From: the human T2T-CHM13v2.0 reference genome, Homo sapiens
Length of the DNA stretch: 64,000 bases
Direction: 5' to 3'
Assembly (NCBI GenBank): GCA_009914755.4
Contig: CP086569.2
Span: 28,384,001-28,448,000, forward strand
Shown here: positions 28,365 to 42,529 of the stretch, one piece after another
How positions within the stretch are numbered: the first letter of the stretch is position 1
Layout: each line of letters begins with the position of its first letter
Made by a program: the position numbers and the translations under genes
Notes under the pieces: model-generated
Databases searched by the model: none
Told to the model about the DNA's origin: nothing
What the model saw: the letters and a program-made list of their open reading frames with translations, nothing else

Positions 28365-31300
28365 ATGGAGTCAAATGGAATGGTCTGGAATGGAATGAAC
28401 ACGAATGTAATGCAATCCAATAGAATGGAATCGAATGGCATGGAATATAAAGAAATGGAATCGAAGAGAATGGAAACAAACGGAATGGAATTGAATGGAA
28501 TGGAATTGAATGGAATGGGAACGAATGGAGTGAAATTGTATGCAGTAGAAGAAAATAGAATGGAATGCAAGCGAAAGGAAAAGAATTTATTGGAATGGAA
28601 TGGAATTCATTGGAATGGAAGGGAATGTAGTGTAATGGACAGGCCTGGAATAAAGTGGAATGCTACGGTCTCGAATGGAATAAAAATGTATGGAATGGAA
28701 TGCAATGAAACGGAATCGAATGTCATAGAATGTAATGGAATGCAAAAAAATGGAATCCAAAATCATTGACTGGAAAGTCTGGATGTCGAAAGGAATTGAC
28801 TCCAATGGAATGGAATCGAATGGAATGGAAGTGAATAGAATCGAACTAAATCGAATGGAATGGAATTGATAGGAACGGAATGGAAAGGAATGAAATGATT
28901 TGGCATGGAATGGAATCGAATGGCATCGAATGGAATGGAATGGAATGCAATACAATGGAATGTATTAGAATGTAATGAACTTTAATGGAATGTACTCGAA
29001 TGGATTCGACTGGAATGGAATGTTCTGGAAGTGAATGGACTCCAATGGAATGGATTGAAAAGGAATGGAATCGTACGGAATGGAATCTAATGGAATGGAA
29101 TTAAATGGAAATGAATCAAATTGAATAGCACGGAATTGAATTGAATGGAATCGAATGCAATGGAATCTAATGAAACGGAAAGGAAAGGAATGGAATGGAA
29201 TGGAATGGGCTGGAATGGAAAGGAATCGAAACGAATGGAATGGAAACGAACTGAAGAGACTGGAATGGAATGCACTGGAATGGAAGGGAGTGTAATGGAA
29301 GGTTCTCGAAAAAAGTGGAATCGAATGGAATGGAATTGAATGGAAGGGAATAGGGTCGAATGGAATTGAATGGAATGGAATGGACTAGAGTGAAATGGAA
29401 TCGAACCACAAGGAATGGACAGGAATAGAATGGTCTCGAATTGAATGGAATCGTATGGAATGGCATCAAACGGAATGGAATGGAATGCACTCGAATGCAA
29501 TGGAGTCGAAACTAATGGACTGGAATAGAATGGACTCGACTGGTACGGACTCCAATGGAATGGAATCGAATGGAAGGGAATCGAACGGAATGGACTCGAA
29601 GGGAAAAGACTGCAATGGAAAGGTCTCGAATGGAATGGAAATTAATGGAATGGAATGGAATCGAATGAAATGGAGTCAAAAGGAATGGAATCGAATGGCA
29701 AGAAATCGAATGTAATGGAATCGCAAGGAATTGATGTGAACGGAACTGAATGGAATGGAATCCAAAGGAATGGAATAGAATGGAATGGAATCGAATGGAA
29801 AGGACTCGAATGGAAATCACTCGAATAGAATGCAATTTAATAAAATAGGATGAAATGTAATGGAATGGAATGGAAAGGAATCGAAATGAAAGGAATGGAG
29901 ACAGATGGAATGGAATGGAACAGAGAGCAATGGTATAGAATGGAATGGAATCATCTGGAATGGTATTGAATGGAATGGAATAACATGAAATGGAATGGAA
30001 TGGAATGGAATGCCCTTTAATTAAATGGACTGGAATGGAATGGACTCGAACAGAGTGGAATGGAAAGTGTTGAGATAGAATGGAATGGACTCCTTTGGAA
30101 TGGTCTAGTATGCAATGCAATCGACTGGCAGGGAATCAAAAGGAATGTAATGGAATGGATTGGACTGGAATGCAATGGACTCGAATAGATTGGAAACGGA
30201 ATGCAAAGGAATGGAATGGAATAGTATGGAATGGAATGGAAAGGAATGGAGTGGAATAGACTAGAGTGGAATGGAATGGACTCGAAAGCAATGGACTGGA
30301 ATGGAACTTTCTTGAATGGACTGGAATCAAACGGAATGGAATGCAATGCAATCAAATGGCATGGAATAAAATAGAATGAAAGAGAATCAAATGGAATTGA
30401 ATCGAATGGAATCGAATGGATTGGAAAGGAATAGAATGGAATGGAATGGAATTGACTCAAATGGAATGGATTCGAATGGAAGGCAAAGGAATGGAATCTA
30501 TTGGAATGGACTGCAATGGAATGGAAAGGAAGGGATTGGAATGGACTCGAATGGAATGGACTGCAATAGAAAGGATTCGAATGGAATGAAAAAGAATTGA
30601 ATGGAATAGAACAGAATGGAATCAAATCGAATGAAATGGAATGGAATAGAAAGGAATGGAATGAAATGGAATGGAAAGGATTCGAATGGAATGCAATCGA
30701 ATGGAATGGAATCGAACGGAATGGAATAAAATGGAAGAAAACTGGCAAGAAATGGAATCGAAATGAATGGAGTGTTATGGAACGGACTCAAAAGGAATTG
30801 AATGTAATAGAATGGAGTGGAGTGGACTCGAATATAATGGACTGGAATGGAATGAAATCACATGGAATGGGAACGAATGGAATGGAATGGAAAGGAATGG
30901 AATCGAATGGAAAGGAATCGAATGGTAGGGAATGAAATTGAATCAACAGGAATGGAAGGGAATAGAATAGACGGTAATGGAATGGACTCGAATAGAATGG
31001 ACACGAATGCTCAAATTGAATGGACTCGAATGGAATGGAAACGAAAGGAATGTCATCGAATGGAATTGAATCGGTTGGAATGAAATCGCATAGAATGGAG
31101 TGGAATCAAATGGAATTGAATCGAAAGGAAAGGAAGCGAATGGACTGAAATGAAATGGAATGGAATTGAATGGAAAGTAAAGCAATGGAATAGAATGGAA
31201 CGAAATTTCACGGAATGGAATCAAACTGAATGGAATCAAATCAATGGAATATAATCAAATGGAATGGAAAGGAATTGAATGGAGTAGATGGGATTGGATG

Positions 31301-31892
31301 GGATTGGAATGAAATGTACTGGAAAGGACTCGAATTTCATGAAACGGAATGGAATGAATTGGAACGGAATGGACTCGAATGGAATGGAATGTCATGGAAT
31401 GGCATCAAATGGAATGGCATCAAATGGAATGGAATCGAATGCAATGGAATGCTATGGAATGGAATGGAATGCATTGGAATGGAATGTTCTCTAATGGAAT
31501 GGATTCGAGTGGAATGGAATCGAATATAATGGAGTCGAATGAAATGGAATTGAAAGGAATGGGATCGAATACAATGGAATATACTGGAATGTAATGTAAT
31601 GAACTCGAATGTAATTGACTGGAATGGAATGTACATGAATGGAATGTAATCGAATGGAAAGTAATCCAAAGGAATAGAATCTAATGCAATAAAATCGACT
31701 CAGATAGAGTAGAATGTAATGGAATGGATTGCAGTGCAATGGAATGGAATGGAATGGATGGAATGCAATGGAATGGAATGGAATGGAATGGAATGGAATG
31801 GAATGGGATGGAATGCTATGGAATGGATAGTAATGGACTGGAGTGAAATGGACTGGAAAGGAATGGACTCAAATTGAAAGGGCTCGAAAGGA
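28365..31892. repeat. HOR copy 9 (3528 bp); duplicate of copy 7 over its 5' part; 15-bp-deletion subtype
   Basis: Anchor ORF at 28365..28769. ORFs 29087..29500 and 29512..30120 are identical to 22019..22432 and 22444..23052. The 15-bp deletion near 30.46 kb is absent from copy 7. Confidence 0.9.
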
Positions 31893-34800
31893 ATGGAGTC
31901 AAATGGAATGGTCTGGAATGGAATGAACACGAATGTAATGCAATCCAATAGAATGGAATCGAATGGCATGGAATATAAAGAAATGGAATCGAAGAGAATG
32001 GAAACAAACGGAATGGAATTGAATGGAATGGAATTGAATGGAATGGGAACGAATGGAGTGAAATTGTATGCAGTAGAAGAAAATAGAATGGAATGCAAGC
32101 GAAAGGAAAAGAATGTATTGGAATGGAATGGAATTCATTGGAATGGAAGGGAATGTAGTGTAATGGACAGGCCTGGAATAAAGTGGAATGCTACGGTCTC
32201 GAATGGAATAAAAATGTATGGAATGGAATGCAATGAAACGGAATCGAATGTCATAGAATGTAATGGAATGCAAAAAAATGGAATCCAAAATCATTGACAG
32301 GAAAGGCTGGATGTCGAAAGGAATTGACTCCAATGGAATGGAATCGAATGGAATGGAAGTGAATAGAATCGAACTAAATCGAATGGAATGGAATTGATAG
32401 TAACGGAATGGAAAGGAATGAAATGATTTGTCATGGAATGGAATCGAATGGCATCGAATGGAATGGAATGGAATGCAATGGAATGGAATGTATTAGAATG
32501 TAATGAACTTTAATGGAATGTACTCGAATGGATTCGACTGGAATGGAATGTTCTGGAAGTGAATGGACTCCAATGGAATGGATTGAAAAGGAATGGAATC
32601 GTACGGAATGGAATCTAATGGAATGGAATTAAATGGAAATGAATCAAATTGAATAGCACGGAATTGAATTGAATGGAATCGAATGCAATGGAATCTAATG
32701 AAACGGAAAGGAAAGGAATGGAATGGAATGGAATGGGCTGGAATGGAAAGGAATCGAAACGAATGGAATGGAATCGAACTGAAGAGACTGGAATGGAATG
32801 CACTGGAATGGAAGGAAGTGTAATGGAAGGTTCTCGAAAAAAATGGAATCGAATGGAATGGAATTGAATGGAACGGAATAGAGTCGAATGGAATTGAATG
32901 GAATGGAATGGACTAGAGTGAAATGGAATCGAACCACAAGGAATGGACAGGAATAGAATGGTCTCGATTTGAACGGAATCGTATGGAATGGCATCAAACG
33001 GAATGGAATGGACAGCCACGGAATGGAATGCACTCGAATGCAATGGAGTCGAAACTAATGGACTGGAATAGAATGGACTCGACTGGTACGGACTCCAATG
33101 GAATGGAATCGAATGGAAGGGAATCGAACGGAATGGACTCGAAGGGAAAAGACTGCAATGGAAAGGTCTCGAATGGAATGGAAATTAATGGAATGGAATG
33201 GAATCGAATGAAATGGAGTCAAAAGGAATGGAATCGAATGGCAAGAAATCGAATGTAATGGAATCGCAAGGAATGGATGTGAACGGAACGGAATGGAATG
33301 GAATCCAAAGGAATGGAATAGAATGGAATGGAATCGAATGGAAAGGACTCGAATGGAAATCACTCGAATAGAATGCAATTTAATAAAATAGGATCAAATG
33401 TAATGGAATGGAATGGAAAGGAATCGAAACGAAAGGAATGGAGACACATGGAATGGAATGGAACAGAGAGCAATGGTATAGAATGGAATGGAATGATCTG
33501 GAATGGAATTGAATGGAATGGAATAATATGAAATGGAATGGAGTGGAATGGAATGCCCTTGAATTAAATGGACTGGAATGGAATGGACTCGAACAGAGTG
33601 GAATGGAAAGTGTTGAGATAGAATGGAATGGACTCCTTTGGAATGCTCTAGTATGCAATGCAATGGACTGGCAGGGAATCAAAAGGAATGTAATCGAATG
33701 GATTGGACTGGAATGCAATGGACTCGAATAGATTGGAAACGGAATGCAAAGGAATGGAATGGAATAGTATGGAATGGAATGGAAAGGAATGGAGTGGAAT
33801 AGACTAGAGTGGAATGGAATGGACTCGAAAGCAATGGACTGGAATGGAACTTTCTTGAATGGACTGGAATCAAACGGAATGGAATGCAATGCAATCAAAT
33901 GGCATGGAATAAAATAGAATGAAAGAGAATCAAATGGAATTGAATCGAATGGAATCGAATGGATTGGAAAGGAATAGAATGGAATGGAATGGAATTGACT
34001 CAAATGGAATGGACTAGAATGGAATGGATTCGAATGGAAGGCAAAGGAATGGAATCTATTGGAATGGACTGTAATGGAATGGAATGGAAGGGATTGGAAT
34101 GGACTCGAATGGAATGGACTGCAATAGAAAGGATTCGAATGGAATGAAAAAGAATTGAATGGAATAGAACAGAATGGAATCAAATCGAATGAAATGGAAT
34201 GGAATAGAAAGGAATGGAATGAAATGGAATGGAAAGGATTCCAATGGAATGCAATCGAATGGAATGGAATCGAACGGAATGGAATAAAATGGAAGCAAAC
34301 TGGCAAGAAATGGAATCGAAATGAATGGAGTGTTATGGAACGGACTCAAAAGGAATTGAATGTAATAGAATGGAGTGGAGTGGACTCGAATATAATGGAC
34401 TGGAATGGAATGAAATCACATGGAATGGGAACGAATGGAATGGAATGGAAAGGAATGGAATCGAATGGAAAGGAATCGAATGGAAGGGAATGAAATTGAA
34501 TCAACAGGAATGGAAGGGAATAGAATAGACGGTAATGGAATGGACTCGAATAGAATGGACACGAATGCTCAAATTGAATGGACTCGAATGGAATGGAAAC
34601 GAAAGGAATGTCATCGAATGGAATTGAATCGATTGGAATGAAATCGCATAGAATGGAGTGGAATCAAATGGAATTGAATCGAAAGGAAAGGAAGCGAATG
34701 GACTGAAATGAAATGGAATGGAATTGAATGGAAAGTAATGCAATGGAATAGAATGGAACGAAATTTCACGGAATGGAATCAAACTGAATGGAATCAAATC

Positions 34801-35446
34801 AATGGAATCTAATCAAATGGAATGGAAAGGAATTGAATGGAGTAGATTGGATTGGATGGGATTGGAATGAAATGTACTGGAAAGGACTCGAATTTCATGA
34901 AACGGAATGGAAAGAATTGGAACGGAATGGACTCGAAAGGAATGGAATGTCATGGAAAGGCATCAAATGGAATGACATCAAATGGAATGGAATCGAATGC
35001 AATAGAATGCTATGGAATGGAATGGAATGCATTGGAATGGAATGTCCTCTAATGGAATGGATTCGAGTGGAATGGAATCGAATATAATGGAGTCGAATAA
35101 AATGGAATTGAAAGGAATGGGATGGAATACAATGGAATATATTGGAATGTAATGTAATGAAGTCGAATGTAATTGACTGGAATGGAATGTACATGAATGG
35201 AATGTAATCGAATGGAAAGTAATCCAATGGAATAGAATCTAATGCAATAAAATCGACTCAGATAGAGTAGAATGTAATGGAATGGAGTACAGTGCTATGG
35301 AATGGAATGGAATGGAATGCAATGGAATGGAATGGAATGGAATGGAATGGAATGGAATGGGATGGAATGGTATGGAATAGATAGTAATGGACTGGAGTGA
35401 AATGGACTGGAAAGGAATGGACTCAAATTGAAAGGGCTCGAAACGA
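31893..35446. repeat. HOR copy 10 (3554 bp)
   Basis: Anchor ORF at 31893..32297 is translation-identical to copy 7, 10596 bp upstream. Confidence 0.9.
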
Positions 35447-38400
35447 ATGGAGTCAAATGGAATGGTCTGGAATGGAATGAACACGAATGTAATGCAATCC
35501 AATAGAATGGAATCGAATCGCATGGAATATAAAGAAATGGAATCGAAGAGAATGGAAACAAACGGAATGGAATTGAATGGAATGGAATTGAATGGAATGG
35601 GAACGAATGGAGTGAAACTGTATGCAGTAGAAGAGAATAGAATGGAATGCAAGCGAAAGGAAAGGAATGGATTGGAATGGAATGGATTTCATTGGAATGG
35701 AAGGGAAAGTAGTGTAATGGACAGGCCTGGAATAAAGTGGAATGCTACGGTCTCGAATGGAATAAAAATGTATGGAATGGAATGCAATGAAACGGAATCG
35801 AATGTCATAGAATGGAATGGAATGCAAAAAAATGGAATCCAAAATCATTGACTGGAAAGGCTGGGTGTCGAAAGGAATTGACTCCAATGGAATGGAATCG
35901 AATGGAATGGAAGTGAATAGAATCGAACTAAATCGAATGGAATGGAATTGATAGGAACGGAATAGAAAGGAATGCAATGATTTGGCATGGAATGGAATCG
36001 AATGGCATCGAATGGAATGGAATGGAATGCAATGCAATGGAATGTATTAGAATGTAATGAACTTTAATGGAATGTACTCGAATGGATTCGACTGGAATGG
36101 AATGTTCTGGAAGTGAATGGACTCCAATGGAATGGATTGAAAAGGAATGGAATCGTACGGAATGGAATCTAATGGAATGGAATTAAATGGAAATGAATCA
36201 AATTGAATAGCACGGAATTGAATTGAATGGAATCGAATGCAATGGAATCTAATGAAACGGAAAGGAAAGGAATGGAATGGAATGGAATGGGCTGGAATGG
36301 AAAGGAATCGAAACGAATGGAATGGAATCGAACTGAAGAGACTGGAATGGAATGCACTGGAATGGAAGGGATTTTAATGGAAGGTTCTCGAAAAAAGTGG
36401 AATCGAATGGAATGGAATTGAATGGAACGGAATAGAGTCGAATGGAATTGAATGGAATGGAATGGACTAGAGTGAAATGGAATCGAACCACAAGGAATGG
36501 ACAGGAATAGAATGGTCTCGAATTGAATGGAATCGTATGGAATGGCATCAAACGGAATGGAATGGACAGCCACGGAATGGAATGCACTCGAATGCAATGG
36601 AGTCGAAACTAATGGACTGGAATAGAATGGACTCGACTGGTACGGACTCCAATGGAATGGAATCGAATGGAAGGGAATCGAACGGAATGGACTCGAAGGG
36701 AAAAGACTGCAATGGAAAGGTCTCGAATGGAATGGAAATTAATGGAATGGAATGGAATCGAATGAAATGGAGTCAAAAGGAATGGAATCGAATGGCAAGA
36801 AATCGAATGTAATGGAATCGCAAGGAATTGATGTGAACGGAACGGAATGGAATGGAATCCAAAGGAATGGAATAGAATGGAATGGAATCGAATGGAAAGG
36901 ACTCGAATGGAAATCACTCGAATAGAATGCAATTTAATAAAATAGGATGAAATGTAATGGAATGGAATGGAAAGGAATCGAAACGAAAGGAATGGAGACA
37001 GATGGAATTGAATGGAACAGAGAGCAATGGTATAGAATGGAATGGAATCATCTGGAATGGAATTGAATAGAATGGAATAATATGAAATGGATTGGAATGG
37101 AATGGAATGCCCTTGAATTAAATGGACTGGAATGGAATGGACTCGAACAGAGTGGAATGGAAAGTGTTGAGATAGAATGGAATGGACTCGTTTGGAATGG
37201 TCTAGTATGCAATGCAATCGACTGGCAGGGAATCAAAAGGAATGTAATCGAATGGATTGGACTGGAATGCAATGGACTCGAATAGATTGGAAACGGAATG
37301 CAAAGGAATGGAATGGAATAGTACGGAATGGAATGGAAAGGAATGGAGTGGAATAGACTAGAGTGGAATGGAATGGACTCGAAAGCAATGGACTGGAATG
37401 GAACTTTCTTGAATGGACTGGAATCAAACGGAATGGAATGCAATGCAATCAAATGGCATGGAATAAAATAGAATGAAAGAGAATCAAATGGAATTGAATC
37501 GAATGGAATCGAATGGATTGGAAAGGAATAGAATGGAATGGAATGGAATTGACTCAAATGGAATGGATTCGAATGGAAGGCAAAGGAATGGAATCTATTG
37601 GAATGGACTGCAATGGAATGGAAAGGAAGGGATTGGAATGGACTCGAATGGAATGGACTGCAATAGAAAGGATTCGAATGGAATGAAAAAGAATTGAATG
37701 GAATAGAACAGAATGGAATCATATCGAATGAAATGGAATGGAATAGAAAGGAATGGAATGAAATGGAATGGAAAGGATTCGAATGGAATGCAATCGAATG
37801 GAATGGAATCGAACGGAATGGAATAAAATGGAAGCAAACTGGCAAGAAATGGAATCGAAATGAATGGAGTGTTATGGAACGGACTCAAAAGGAATTGAAT
37901 GTAATAGAATGGAGTGGAGTGGACCCGAATATAATGGACTGGAATGGAATGAAATCACATGGAATGGGAACGAATGGAATGGAATGGAAAGGAATGGAAT
38001 CGAATGGAAAGGAATCGAATGGAAGGGAATAAAATTGAATCAACAGGAATGGAAGGGAATAGAATAGACGGTAATGGAATGGACTCGAATAGAATGGACA
38101 CGAATGTTCAAATTGAATGGACTCGAATGGAATGGAAACGAAAGGAATGTCATCGAATGGAATTGAATCGATTGGAATGAAATCGCATAGAATGGAGTGA
38201 AATCAAATGGAATTGTATCGAAAGGAAAGGAAGCGAATGGACTGAAATGAAATGGAATGGAATTGAATGGAAAGTAAAGCAATGGAATAGAATGGAACGA
38301 AATTTCACGGAATGGAATCAAACTGAATGGAATCAAATCAATGGAATATAATCAAATGGAATGGAAAGGAATTGAATGGAGTAGATGGGATTGGATGGGA

Positions 38401-38980
38401 TTGGAATGAAATGTACTGGAAAGGACTCGAATTTCATGAAACGGAATGGAATGAATTGGAACGGAATGGACTCGAATGGAATGGAATGTCATGGAATGGC
38501 ATCAAATGGAATGGCATCAAATGGAATGGAATCGAATGCAATGGAATGCTATGGAATGGAATGGAATGCATTGGAATGGAATGTTCTCTAATGGAATGGA
38601 TTCGAGTGGAATGGAATCGAATATAATGGAGTCGAATGAAATGGAATTGAAAGGAATGGGATCGAATACAATGGAATATAGTGGAATGTAATGTAATGAA
38701 CTCGAATGTAATTGACTGGAATGGAATGTACATGAATGGAATGTAATCGAATGGAAAGTAATCCAATGGAATAGAATCTAATGCAATAAAATCGACTCAG
38801 ATAGAGTAGAATGTAATGGAATGGAGTGCAGTGCAATGGAATGGAATTGAATGGAATGGAATGCAATGGAATGGAATGGAATGGAATGGAATGGGATGGA
38901 ATGGGATGGAATGGATAGTAATGGACTGGAGTGAAATGGACTGGAAAGGAATGGACTCAAATTGAAAGGGCTCGAAAGGA
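35447..38980. repeat. HOR copy 11 (3534 bp); 15-bp-deletion subtype
   Basis: Anchor ORF at 35447..35851 (ESNRMEYKEM, NGFHWNGRESS). The 15-bp deletion is at about 37.56 kb (ORF 37473..37697, MKENQMELN variant). Confidence 0.9.
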
Positions 38981-41900
38981 ATGGAGTCAAATGGAATGGT
39001 CTGAAATGGAATGAACACGAATGTAATGCAATCCAATAGAATGGAATCGAATGGCATGGAATATAAAGAAATGGAATCGAAGAGAATGGAAACAAACGGA
39101 ATGGAATTGAATGGAATGGAATTGAATGTAATGGGAACGAATGGAGTGAAATTGTATGCAGTAGAAGAAAATAGAATGGAATGCAAGTGAAAGGAAAAGA
39201 ATGGATTGGAATGGAATGGAATTCATTGGAATGGAAGGGAATGTAGTGTAATGGACAGGCCTGGAATAAAGTGGAATGCTACGGTCTCGAATGGAATAAA
39301 AATGTATGGAATGGAATGCAATGAAACGGAATCGAATGTCATAGAATGTAATGGAATGCAAAAAAATGGAATCCAAAATCATTGACTGGAAAGGCTGGAT
39401 GTCGAAAGGAATTGACTCCAATGGAATGGAATCGAATGGAATGGAAGTGAATAGAATCGAACTAAATCGAATGGAATGGAATTGATAGGAACGGAATGGA
39501 AAGGAATGAAATGATTTGGCATGGAATGGAATCGAATGGCATCGAATGGAATGGAATGGAATGCAATGCAATGCAATGTATTAGAATGTAATGAACTTTA
39601 ATGGAATGTACTCGAATGGATTCGACTGGAATGGAATGTTCTGGAAGTGAATGGACTCCAATGGAATGGATTGAAAAGGAATGGAATCGTACGGAATGGA
39701 ATCTAATGGAATGGAATTAAATGGAAATGAATCAAATTGAATAGCACGGAATTGAATTGAATGGAATCGAATGCAATGGAATCTAATGAAACGGAAAGGA
39801 AAGGAATGGAATGGAATGGAATGGGCTGGAATGGAAAGGAATCGAAACGAATGGAATGGAATCGAACTGAAGAGACTGGAATGGAATGCACTGGAATGGA
39901 AGGGAGTGTAATGGAAGGTTCTCGAAAAAACTGGAATCGAATGGAATGGAATTGAATGGAACGGAATAGAGTCGAATGGAAGTGAATGGAATGGAATGGA
40001 CTAGAGTGAAATGGAATCGAACCACAAGGAATGGACAGGAATAGAATGGTCTCGAATTGAACGGAATCGTATGGAATGGCATCAAACGGAATGGAATGGA
40101 CAGCCACGGAATGGAATGCACTCGAATGCAATGGAGTCGAAACTAATGGACTGGAATAGAATGGACTCGACTGGTACGGACTCCAATGGAATGGAATCCA
40201 ATGGAAGGGAATCGAACGGAATGGACTCGAAGGGAAAAGACTGCAATGGAAAGGTCTCGAATGGAATGGAAATTAATGGAATGGAATGGAATCGAATGAA
40301 ATGGAGTGAAAAGGAATGGAATCGAATGGCATGAAATCGAATGTAATGGAATCACAAGGAATGGATGTGAACGGAACGGAATGGAATGGAATCCAAAGGA
40401 ATGGAATAGAATGGAATGGAATCGAATGGAAAGGACTCGAATGGAAATCACTCGAATAGAATGCAATTTAATAAAATAGGATGAAATGTAATGGAATGGA
40501 ATGGAAAGGAATCGAAACGAAAGGAATGGAGACAGATGGAATGGAATGGAACAGAGAGCAATGGTATAGAATGGAATGGAATCATCTGGAATGGAATTGA
40601 ATGGAATGGAATAATATGAAATGGAATGGAATGGAATGGAATGCCCTTGAATTAAATGGACTGGAATGGAATGGACTCGAACAGAGTGGAATGGAAAGTG
40701 TTGAGATAGAATGGAATGGACTCGTTTGGAATGGTCTAGTATGCAATGCAATCGACTGGCAGGGAATCAAAAGGAATGTAATCGAATGGATTGGACTGGA
40801 ATGCAATGGACTCGAATAGATTGGAAACGGAATGCAAAGGAATGGAATGGAATAGTATGGAATGGAATGGAAAGGAATGGAGTGGAATAGACTAGAGTGG
40901 AATGGAATGGACTCGAAAGCAATGGACTGGAATGGAACTTTCTTGAATGGACTGGAATCAAACGGAATGGAATGCAGTGCAATCAAATGGCATGGAATAA
41001 AATAGAATGAAAGAGAATCAAATGGAATTGAATCGAATGGAATCGAATGGATTGGAAAGGAATAGAATTGAATGGAATGGAATTGATTCAAATGGAATGG
41101 ACTAGAATGGAATGGATTCGAATGGAAGGCAAAGGAATGGAATCTATTGGAATGGACTGTAATGGAATGGAATGGAAGGGATTGGAATGGACTCGAATGG
41201 AATGGACTGCCATAGAAAGGATTCGAATGGAATGAAAAAGAATTGAATGGAATAGAACAGAATGGAATCAAATCGAATGAAATGGAATGGAATAGAAAGG
41301 AATGGAATGAAATGGAATGGAAAGGATTCGAATGGAATGCAATCGAATGGAAGGGAATCGAACGGAATGGAATAAAATGGAAGCAAACTGGCAAGAAATG
41401 GAATCGAAATGAATGGAGTGTTATGGAACGGACTCAAAAGGAATTCAATGTAATAGAATGGAGTGGAGTGGACTCGAATATAATGGACTGGAATGGAATG
41501 AAATCACATGGAATGGGAACGAATGGAATGGAATGGAAAGGAATGGAATCGAATGGAAAGGAATCGAATGGAAGGGAATGAAATTGAATCAACAGGAATG
41601 GAAGGGAATAGAATAGACGGTAATGGAATGGACTCGAATAGAATGGACACGAATGCTCAAATTGAATGGACTCGAATGGAATGGAAACGAAAGGAATGTC
41701 ATCGAATGGAATTGAATCGATTGGAATGAAATCGCATAGAATGGAGTGGAATCAAATGGAATTGAATCGAAAGGAAAGGAAGCGAATGGACTGAAATGAA
41801 ATGGAATGGAATTGAATGGAAAGTAATGCAATGGAATAAAATGGAACGAAATTTCACGGAATGGAATCAAACTGAATGGAATCAAATCAATGGAATATAA

Positions 41901-42529
41901 TCAAATGGAATGGAAAGGAATTGAATGGAGTAGATGGGATTGGATGGGATTGGAATGAAATGTACTGGAAAGGACTCGAATTTTATGAAACGGAATGGAA
42001 TGAATTGGAACGGAATGGACTCGAATGGAATGGAATGTCATGGAATGGCATCAAATGGAATGGCATCAAATGGAATGGAATCGAATGCAATGGAATGCTA
42101 TGGAATGGAACGGAATGCATTGGAATGGAATGTCCTCTAATGGAATGGATTCGAGTGGAATGGAATCGAATATAATGGAGTCGAATGAAATGGAATTGAA
42201 AGGAATGGGATCGAATACAATGGAATATACTGGAATGTAATGTAATGAACTCGAATGTAATTGACTGGAATGGAATGTACATGGATGGAATGTAATCGAA
42301 TGGAAAGTAATCCAATGGAATAGAATCTAATGCAATAAAATCGACTCAGATAGAGTAGAATGTAATGGAATGGAGTGCAGTGCAATGGAATGGAATGGAA
42401 TGGAATGCAATGGAATGGAATGGAATGGAATGGAATGGAATGGGATGGAATGGTATGGAATGGATAGTAATGGACTGGAGTGAAATGGACTGGAAAGGAA
42501 TGGACTCAAATTGAAAGGGCTCGAAAGGA
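38981..42529. repeat. HOR copy 12 (3549 bp)
   Basis: Anchor inferred from minus-strand ORF 38987..39571, homologous to 35453..36037. The plus-strand artefact ORF is interrupted by a ctgaaatgg variant near 39001 that creates TGA. Confidence 0.85.
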
